DNA from: Octopus sinensis
Taxonomy: Eukaryota
Assembly: GCF_006345805.1 (NCBI RefSeq)
Contig: NW_021824090.1
Coordinates: 1 to 20,094, forward strand
Length of the DNA: 20,094 nucleotides
Reading direction: 5' to 3'
A program made the translations under genes and the position numbers. The notes under the pieces were generated by a model. That model made no database searches. It was not told the origin of the DNA and was given only the letters and a program-made list of their open reading frames with translations. Shown piece by piece: positions 1 through 8,712 of the stretch (positions are counted from its first letter, which is position 1; each line of letters starts with the position of its first letter).

Positions 1-433
1 ATTTGAACATGAACATAAAAGAGACAGATGTAAATACTGTTAAGGGGATGATTCAGTATTTAGCCCAGGGTCGGAGTAAATAGAGAAACTACAAAGGAGA
101 GAGATAGAGTGAGGAAAGAAAGAGAGAGAGAGACAGAGAGAAAAAGTAGTTCAAGATGGGATGAAAGGAAGAAGAGAGAGGATTTGAACCTGTGACGTTG
201 AGGTAATGGAGAATGAGATGAAGTAAAGTGTCCAGTCAGGCAACAACAATAACAATTATGGTGATGATTAATTAGTAAAGTGGATTACAGTGTTATTTCA
301 GTGCGAAAGAGTAAAGAAAGACAATGACCCCATGGTGGGATTATGACATGAATGAATGAATAAAAAACAAACAAACATTATTGAAAACATAAAAGAAACA
401 GATTTGGATATTCCAGAACCAATGGGGACTTAC

Positions 434-588
434 CGCTGAACTGCCACATTCAGTGGTGTGTCACCTTTGTTGTTCACGACATTGGCATCGATGCCATTGT
501 GACCCAACAAAAGATCGACAGTGTGCAAGTATCCCTGCGAACAGGCGAAGTGCAGCGGTGTGTGACCCTGCACATCTCGAGGGTTCAC
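434..588 (-). CDS. Ankyrin-repeat protein, internal coding exon (155 nt, phase 0 to phase 2)
   Basis: Translates VNPRDVQGHTPLHFACSQGYLHTVDLLLGHNGIDANVVNNKGDTPLNVAVQ, containing two ankyrin G-x-TPL motifs. Acceptor tttctttatcag at 590-589; donor CG|GTAAGT at 433. The gene continues beyond the left edge of the window. Confidence 0.93.
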
Positions 589-966
589 CTGATAAAGAAA
601 AGAATAAAAACATTTTAAATGGTGTCTGAAAGGGGAGTCGGGTGGTGAAGAATTAAAAGAAAAACTCACAGAAAAAGAGAAGAGAAGGAATGAAATTAAT
701 TAAACAGGTGGAATGATTGGGGTGGGGAGTAGGTAATGCAGATTTCTATTGTATATACACAAACGTGTATAGACACATACATATGTACATATAAATATAT
801 TTATACACATACACACAAACACATGCATATAGGATGAATAACTCAATAAATAAACACATAGAGCAGCAAAATGTGTATGCGTGTGTGTGTATATATGTGT
901 GTGTTCGCGTGTGTGTATATATATGTGTGTGTTCGCGTGTGTGTGTGTGTGTTCATAATTACATTT

Positions 967-1238
967 ATTCTTTTATTCTTTCATTTGTTTCAGTCATGTG
1001 ACTGTGGCCATGGTGGAGCACTGTCGTCAGTCGAGAAAATCGACCCCAGGAAGCCTAGTACTTATTTTATCAGTTTCCTTTGTAGAACCGCTAGGTTACG
1101 GGACATCGTAAACATCGGTTGTCAAGCGATGTTGGGTGACAAACACAGGCACACAAGCAAACGCACGTACACACAGGCGCACATAACACACACACACACA
1201 CATATGTACACACACACATATATATATATATATATATT
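967..1238 (-). mobile_element. Octopus-type SINE, 3' portion plus CA/TA microsatellite
   Basis: Shares tttgtttcagtca-gactg-ggccatg-ggagca, atcgacccca, gaaccgcta and atcggttgtcaagcgat with the copies at 10781, 15884 and 17975. The family is recognised from memory of octopus SINEs. Confidence 0.8.
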
Positions 1239-1391
1239 TGAGTAGTTGAATGAATTATCTTATTAAGGATAATTCGAAAGATAACCGATACCTGGGTAGC
1301 AAATTCACATCAGAAAGAACACGGTTGAAGTTACGTCCCTAGGGCATAGACTACGTGCTTTCGTGTGGAAATTTGTATGTTTATTTTAAAA

Positions 1392-1561
1392 ATATAAGTT
1401 TATGAAAGAATGGAGTTGAACGACTTGTTAAAAAATTTCCTTATTTTCGACATATGTTTCAAAGTCTGCATATTCTTCGGAATTAGAAATATCAGACTTC
1501 GAAACATATGTCGAAAATAAAGAAATTTGGTAACAAGTCGTTCAACTCCATTCTTCATAAA

Positions 1562-1568
<7 letters not shown>
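1392..1568. repeat. Long inverted repeat (about 77-bp arms, 24-nt centre) carrying hammerhead 3'-half motif GAAACATATGTC on both strands
   Basis: Arms 1392-1468 and 1493-1568 differ by 4 substitutions and 1 indel. The motif lies at 1501-1512 (+) and 1460-1449 (-). Confidence 0.9.
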
Positions 1569-1604
<36 letters not shown>

Positions 1605-1606
<2 letters not shown>

Positions 1607-1735
1607 TAACAATTAAGGAACGGCCATAATAGGCCATTCACCCACTAGAAATAACAGCCAAAGCTTCTACCGCAAATAGTGGCTGTTATTTCTAGTGGGT
1701 GAATGGCCTATTATGGCCGTTCCTTAATTGTTAAT
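1605..1735. repeat. Perfect 56-bp inverted repeat with 19-nt spacer
   Basis: 1605-1660 (attaacaattaaggaacggcc...ataacagcca) is the exact reverse complement of 1680-1735. Confidence 0.95.
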
Positions 1736-1838
1736 GTTGAACTTAAAAATGGTCTATGACTATTAATTTTTTTCCCACTGGGCCGCTGGTGGCAATAAAA
1801 TTCTACAAAATTTTCCTTGCCACCCATATTGATTAATT

Positions 1839-1875
<37 letters not shown>

Positions 1876-1884
1876 GTGTGTGTA

Positions 1885-1916
<32 letters not shown>

Positions 1917-2203
1917 ATGCGAGATGTGTGTGTGTGTGTGTGTATGAACGTTTTTGTAATTTATGCACATCCACAAATTAACACGCATGCCGCTCAAATT
2001 TTAGGAGGACATTCGTCACGATTCCATCTGTATTTTCGTCAAATTATTTTCCCCAGAGACACACGCGGATAGCGGTAAATATTTTTGAGCCATAACTTCT
2101 AAATTTTTAAGATGGCGAAAGCTACCATTGTTTACAAAGCAAACATGAGTTAAGTCCCCTCCTAGCGACTGTGTAAAGAGAGGGAGGGAGAAGGAGAGAG
2201 ATA

Positions 2204-2460
2204 GAGAGAGAGAGAGAGATTTTTATAATTTCGTCTTTTTACTGGCAATAACAGACAGACAGGTGTTGTTATGTATGTTTGTATGTGTGAATGGCTTCAG
2301 TCACGCATACACACACGCGAGCATGTATGCGTAAAAGCCACATATATGCAATGTTTGTGTGTGTGTGTGTGTGTTGCGTGTATATATATACGGGCAACAT
2401 AAACGATATTCTCCGTTTCTCCACAACTAATTTCCAAATTAGCTGAATCGTTGTTCTAAT
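2204..2460 (+). repeat. About 255-bp direct repeat, copy 1 (copy 2 at 5357-5615)
   Basis: Near-identical sequence from (GA)n-tttttataatttcgtc to agctgaatcgttgttctaat; the few differences are mostly small indels. Confidence 0.9.
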
Positions 2461-2617
2461 CGTAGCGTATATAGCTGGTCGTGCGTGAACATGGAGAGAG
2501 CAGAGGTTACCAGAGCAAAAGACCTACGTGTTGACTGTAGACACGCTCCTTCGCAAACGATCAGCTATTATTTTGTAAACAATCTTGCGAAACTATTCAT
2601 GTTTTCGAAAGGAGAGG

Positions 2618-2935
2618 GGTCAACCTAAAGCGTTTCACCCGGTCGTAAAAACAAACAAAAAAATAGTAATATGTGTAAAACAACTTCCTCTAAACGAATA
2701 TGACCAAAAAAATGCATGCTCGCGAAAGGAGGGTGGGAGGAGAGGCCTATGGCCTTTTCTTTGATAATATCTTGCTTGCTTATTTAAATTCAGTTCAATG
2801 CACACTTGCCTTGAACCAAACATTTCTCTTTTTGTGTGTGTGTGTTCTTGATAATCGTTTAGAACAAGTTGTTTTACAACTATTACACAATTTTTTCGTT
2901 TGTTTTATGACCGGGTCAAACGCTTTAGTTTGACC
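2618..2935. mobile_element. Non-autonomous DNA transposon (MITE), about 85-bp imperfect TIRs, 8-bp TSD AGGAGAGG
   Basis: Left end ggtcaacctaaagcgtttcacccggtcgtaaaaacaaac matches the reverse complement of the right end gtttgttttatgaccgggtcaaacgctttagtttgacc. AGGAGAGG flanks both ends exactly (2610-2617 and 2936-2943). Confidence 0.85.
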
Positions 2936-3322
2936 AGGAGAGGTATGACATTCACATCTCTGCGGGAGAAGGTAGGCTTCTCTATTCCTGTTACAAAACT
3001 TACTTCCGGGTGCCAAATCTGCTTCAATTGATGGTATTACTCGGGTAGGAGGTACTGGTGGGACAGAGGCAGGGGCAAAGGCGTGCAAAAACATGTATAC
3101 AATAGGTGTATGTACGTATATGTTTGTGTGTGTTTTGCCCATATATATATACTTAGTTGTGATCTGAACATAACCGCTTCTCACACAGAGGATTAGGAGC
3201 ACTTTTGGACGTTCTATTTTCCTTGCTGGAAGGGTTCTCAACCCATGGGCAAAGTGGGGTTACATGAAAAAAAAGAAAAAAACAATCGATGAGAGTAAAA
3301 AATCGAGAAACCGAATTCTTAT

Positions 3323-3372
3323 GGAACCAAGTGGTTTGTAAGCAAGCTACTAACCACACAGCCACTCCTGTG

Positions 3373-3375
<3 letters not shown>
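3323..3375 (-). mobile_element. tRNA-derived SINE head fragment
   Basis: Minus strand reads GGCACAGGAGTGGCTGTGTGGTTAGTAGCTTGCTTACAAACCACTTGGTTCC, with an A-box-like TGGCTGTGTGG. It is homologous to the SINE head near 16325. Confidence 0.7.
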
Positions 3376-3419
<44 letters not shown>

Positions 3420-3590
3420 TAGAAAATGGAGAAACATACTTAAATCAATAAAACATCAACTATCAGATGATACCCAATCAATACTTGATTACACCATTAC
3501 ATATCAGTAAAGGCATTATACAAAATATACAGTAAGAGTAAATAGACAAAGAGATATAAGTATAAAATTTCAATATAAATGTAATTAAAT

Positions 3591-3706
3591 CAAATCTGAC
3601 AGCTGTTTCGGCAGTGAGGGCAGTCATACCTCATTAACCTATAAGCCATAAAGGCAGGTATAATGAGGCATTAACAAGGATGCCCCACGGCCTCTTCAGA
3701 GAATTA
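3591..3706 (-). ncRNA. Type-I minimal hammerhead ribozyme motif (Penelope-like-element type) with long stem II
   Basis: TCT-CTGAAGA(3699-3693)-GGC...GCC-GAAA(3609-3606)-CAGCTG-TC^AGA. All core nucleotides are present, stem III is the palindrome ACAGCTGT, and the predicted cut is between 3598 and 3597. Confidence 0.8.
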
Positions 3707-4039
3707 AATTTGTATAATTGTGAAAAAGATTATTTAACCATATACATATAAATATAAAAATATTAAAAATGTAAAATATAAAAACTGATACATAAACTTC
3801 ATAATGCTACACTTATATAATATAATACTCATTGGTACAATAATGCAAGGTAAACAGAACAAAATAAAACAAAATATATATCAGTGTATATATTAATATT
3901 AATAAGCACCGTTATTATACATATTTGGCTAATAGTTTTTTAAAAAAAAAACTAACACATAGGGAGATGAAAAATAATAAAATCATGGTTCAGTTCACAA
4001 AATTATAAAGCTATAAAGGTCAATAAAAATTACTATTAA

Positions 4040-4040
4040 T

Positions 4041-4085
<45 letters not shown>
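4040..4085. repeat. (TAA)n microsatellite
   Basis: Direct reading. Confidence 0.95.
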
Positions 4086-4086
<1 letters not shown>

Positions 4087-4170
4087 GATACAGTTATGTT
4101 TGCACCAAGTCCATCCTTTCAAGATCGAATAACTATGAGTTTAGAAATACTGACCACTAGGTGGTCAGTA

Positions 4171-4580
<410 letters not shown>

Positions 4581-4893
4581 TTAATTATAATAAAGGGTTA
4601 ATTGCAACAAGTTGCTCAAAACCACATACAGAAAATATTAGGAATAGCAGCGAAATAGATCACTATTTCTCCTACTAATAAAGAAGTCTCCACAAACAAA
4701 CAGAATTTGTAACCCGTATATGGTAAAGAGAAAGAAAACAACGAAATCCCAGCCTATTGGATTAATTATAGACGAATCGTTTCTGGATTAGAACCGAAAG
4801 TTCAAGGAAATAATATAATTCTTACCAAATATGGTCTTTTAGGTGAAATTTATTAATTTTATTAATTTAATTATATTTCACCCTTTTGTGTAC

Positions 4894-4930
<37 letters not shown>

Positions 4931-4941
<11 letters not shown>

Positions 4942-5044
4942 TAAGAGAGTGGTCACTATGTGGCTCACTCTAGCACTAGAAATAGATCCAATAGGTTTCA
5001 ACCACAAAATAAATGTTTCCCATGAAAGTCAGCACGATTGTTAG
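4931..5044 (-). repeat. About 113-bp repeat, copy 1 (copy 2 at 5737-5850); putative 3' end of the hammerhead-bearing element
   Basis: ataaataaatataagaga-tggtcactatgtggctcactctagcactagaaatagatcc...gtcagcacgatt occurs twice in the same orientation with about 3 substitutions. Copy 1 lies just 3' (minus strand) of the 5088-5168 hammerhead and ends at a (TA)n tract. Confidence 0.85.
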
Positions 5045-5087
5045 CTCAAACGAACAGGGCAAATAAAAATAACAAAAATACAGATTA

Positions 5088-5168
5088 TTTTGGGACAATT
5101 GTTTCGCTATTACTGAATTAAATGTAATTTTACTCACACTAAATTCACTTGTAGCTCCTCAGCCAAAA
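5088..5168 (-). ncRNA. Type-I minimal hammerhead ribozyme motif (Penelope-like-element type), intact
   Basis: TTTTGG-CTGAGGA(5162-5156)-GCTA...TAGC-GAAA(5105-5102)-CAATTG-TC^CCAAAA. It has a 6-bp stem I, a 4-bp proximal stem II and the palindromic stem III ACAATTGT; the predicted cut is between 5094 and 5093. Confidence 0.88.
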
Positions 5169-5356
5169 CTATCTGGACACAATCTACTCAATCACACGCC
5201 AGATTTTACCATAACGATAAATACACGTGTGGTTCAATCGATTATATCCGCCGTTATAATTCAAATGCCCTTACCAACAGCCCGCCAACTCTCACGGAAA
5301 CAGATACTACATTTAGAAATAAATGCAGCATAATTATAATTATAATTATAATTATA

Positions 5357-5615
5357 GAGAGAGAGAGAGAGATTTTTATAATTTCGTCTTTTTACTGGCA
5401 ATAACAGACAGACAGGTGTTGTTATGTATGTTTGTATGTTGAATGGCTTCAGTCACGCATACACACACGCGAGCATGTATGCGTAAAAGCCACATATATG
5501 CAATGTTTGTGTGTATGTGTGGTGTTGGCGTGTATATATATATACGGGCAACATAAACGATATTCTCCGTTTCTCCACAACTAATTTCCAAATTAGCTGA
5601 ATCCGTTGTTCTAAT
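5357..5615 (+). repeat. About 255-bp direct repeat, copy 2
   Basis: Near-identical to 2204-2460. Confidence 0.9.
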
Positions 5616-5736
5616 GTATAAAGGGTGAGAGAATTAGATACTAATTTAATAGTATCCCGATTCAACACCAACTGGCCCAGTGCACAGAGAAACCTGGATT
5701 ATTATAAAATTTCATAATATATTATAATATTTATAC

Positions 5737-5850
5737 ATAAATAAATATAAGAGACTGGTCACTATGTGGCTCACTCTAGCACTAGAAATAGATCCAATAG
5801 GTTTCAACCACAAAATAAATGTTTCCCATTAAAGTCAGCACGATTTTTAG
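5737..5850 (-). repeat. About 113-bp repeat, copy 2
   Basis: Near-identical to 4931-5044. Confidence 0.85.
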
Positions 5851-5899
5851 TGTGTCTTATGCGTGCCGATGCACTAGCGGGCATTGACCGCACACATAC

Positions 5900-6261
5900 G
5901 TGGCACGCACACGCATGCATTATATATATGTAGGTTATGTATGTGTGTGAGTGTAGTGTGTGAGTGTAGTGTGTGTGTGTGTGCGCGCGTTGTGTGTGCG
6001 TGTTGCGCGTGTGTATATGTGTGTGTGTGTGTGCACTGTGTGCGTGTGTGTGTTGTGTGTGTGTGTTGTGTGTGTATATGCATGGTATGTGTGTATATGT
6101 GAGTACATTGTTTGTGTGTGTGTGCGGTATGTAGAGATATATTTGAGTGTGTACGCTATAGGTTGTATTTGTGTGTGTGGGTGGGTGTGTGTGTGTGATT
6201 TTTTATATATATATATGTGTGTGTATATGTGTGTGAAAATATATATGTACATGTATATATG

Positions 6262-6308
<47 letters not shown>

Positions 6309-6569
6309 GTGTGTATGTATGTGTGTGTGTATGTGTGTGTGTGTATATATTTGCATGTATATGTGTGTATAAACATGTGCATTATTTGCATGCGCATTGT
6401 GTATATGTATATTGTATGTATGTGTATTGTATATGTATTGTACAATTAAGTGTATATGTGTGTGCATGTGTGCATTGTATATATGTATATTGTAGGTGTG
6501 TTATATATGCATGAATACATGTATATACATTGCATGTATATATATGTATGCATTGTGTATGTGTATGTT

Positions 6570-6602
<33 letters not shown>

Positions 6603-7100
6603 GTATGCGTACGTGTATATGTATACATTGTATGTATGTACATTGTGTGTATATGTGGTATATTTATGTATGTGTATGTAAACACTATTTATATGTATAT
6701 ATGTATATATGTATATGCATTGTCTATATATATATATATATATATTATATGTATGTATTGCGTATGTATATTGCATGCATATATTATGTATATGTATTAT
6801 ATACATGCTGTGTATGTGTATTGTATGTATATATTTGCTAGGTGCATTTGTGTGATATTTATATTATGTATGTATGTGTGCGTGTGTTGTGTGTGTGTGT
6901 GTGTGTTGTGTGTGTATGTGTGTTATATATGTGTGTATATTATATATAAATACATGTTATATTTGTGTGCTGTGTGTGTATATTATATATGTGGGTGCGT
7001 TGTGTATGTGTGTGTTCTGTGTGTGTGTTGTGTGTATGTGGTGTGTGTTTGTATACTATGTGTCTGTGTGTGTGTTGTGTGTGTGTGTATATGTGTGTGA
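5900..7100. repeat. Degenerate (TG)/(TA)/(TGTA) simple-repeat tract
   Basis: The plus strand is almost entirely alternating T with G or A; this explains the C/V/Y/I-rich pseudo-ORFs. Confidence 0.95.
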
Positions 7101-7688
7101 CAAACAGACGCTGTCTGACAAATACCGCAGGCACACGACAACATCTATTCACCACCCGCATACTCACCTCCCAATAACCCCAAAATCATTGATGCTTGAA
7201 GGGGAACCATAAACAAAACTGGGTACACATTTTTTTCTCTCAATTCAACTTTTCTGCTAAAGCGAACAGGTCAGTAAAAACAAATTCTCGACTTCAATTC
7301 AAAATATTCTGAGATGTATAAAATATCCATCTTAATTTTTTCTGTCAATATTACAAATTTTCTCACCAAACTATTGCACTTCCTTATGTCTTTAACATGT
7401 CCTTTCTACCAAAGACTGTATATATATACATGTAATGTGACAATTTGCGACAACCAATAATTAACGCAACCAAATTTCCAATATATATTTGTTTATTCTT
7501 TTCTGCCAATTTTTCAAATATTCTCATCACACTATTGAACGTCTTTATGCTCTTAACATATCTCTGTTACCAAACACTATATTTATACATGTAATGTGAC
7601 AATTATGTATTAAAAAAAACATTTTGAATTCATAATATTCAATGTGACAATTATGTAAAAAACTTTTTTGAACCCATAATATTCAATG

Positions 7689-7732
7689 TTACTTTTGACA
7701 ATCTTTTACCAAGAGTGAAACCGGTTAAGTAA
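7689..7732 (+). ncRNA. Decayed minimal hammerhead-like motif (probably inactive)
   Basis: TTACTT-TTGACAA-TCTT ttacc AAGA-GT-GAAA-CCGG-TT^AAGTAA. The stem I/II/III geometry fits, but the core reads TTGACAA instead of CTGANGA. Confidence 0.45.
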
Positions 7733-7809
7733 ATAAACATCTTTTAAATTGCATTTTCAAACCTTCTTTCGTATATAATTCCACTCGTGCGATACCCCAC
7801 AACTCAACT

Positions 7810-7910
7810 TTTTTATATATATATGGATATATATATATATATTATATATATATATATATTTATATATATATGTATATATATATACTTATTTATATGTGTA
7901 TATAAATATG

Positions 7911-7974
<64 letters not shown>

Positions 7975-7995
7975 CTTATTTATATGTGTATATAC

Positions 7996-8053
<58 letters not shown>

Positions 8054-8110
8054 TTTATATCTTATAGGCATATATACAGTGTACATACGGTATATATACG
8101 ATTATATATA
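7810..8110. repeat. Interrupted (TA)n array with an internal duplicated unit
   Basis: atatgtatatatatatacttatttatatgtgtatata occurs twice, roughly 90 bp apart. Confidence 0.85.
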
Positions 8111-8344
8111 CATACCTATATAAGTGTGCCTCGAAGGTCGGGAGAGGAGTGAAGTAAAAATTCGCAGGAGTAGATTTTGTTTCCTCGAAATTTACCGAAA
8201 GACGGATAAATTGTTAGGAAAATTTAGTTTAGAGAAAATCCTTTCGGAGAAGATTAGGATTATTTCGGAATATATATGAATGAAGAGAAACACTAACATA
8301 TGCACACCACAATTTACATTATATATACATCCATACATTTTATT

Positions 8345-8402
<58 letters not shown>

Positions 8403-8445
8403 AACACATACACATACACGCACACACACATATATAGTCACTAAC

Positions 8446-8599
8446 CTCAACAGCGCTGTGTTTCATTAAAGCTTTCATACCATCTGTCCATTCCTGATAT
8501 GACCCTGCAGCAAAATGGAGAGGAGTCCTGCCATCATTGCTCTTTCCGTTTATCTCGCTGCCCCGAGATAGTAAGAGTTCCACGCCTTCAAGGTGATGG
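8446..8599 (-). CDS. Ankyrin-repeat protein, internal coding exon (154 nt, phase 2 to phase 0)
   Basis: Translates HHLEGVELLLSRGSEINGKSNDGRTPLHFAAGSYQEWTDGMKALMKHSAVE. Acceptor tctatcttttactctcag at 8601-8600; donor GAG|GTTAGT at 8445. Joins the 588 exon in frame and in ankyrin register: KHSAVE|VNPRDVQGHTPLHFAC. Confidence 0.93.
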
Positions 8600-8712
8600 C
8601 TGAGAGTAAAAGATAGAAACATTGACTAATTTACATTAAACACCTAATTGTTTTGGCTTTCAGACGAAACATCATCATCAGCATCAACATCATCGCCATG
8701 ATCACCATCATT

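Noticed and set aside
2109-2117. YY1-like AAGATGGCG in a CpG-containing patch
   Set aside because: A single short motif inside an intron with no other promoter support.
4591-4601. piggyBac-like end AAAGGGTTAA
   Set aside because: No matching TTAACCC start or second TTAA-bounded end was found.
4762-4820. GAAACGATTCGTC flanked by AATTATA/TATAATT (minus)
   Set aside because: It resembles a hammerhead 3' half with stem I, but there is no recognisable CTGANGA or closing stem II.
5874-7212. Many overlapping C/V/Y/I- or H/T-rich ORFs
   Set aside because: They are translations of TG/TA microsatellite. The same applies to ORFs at 871, 1839, 4329, 7787, 14240, 16332 and 19342.
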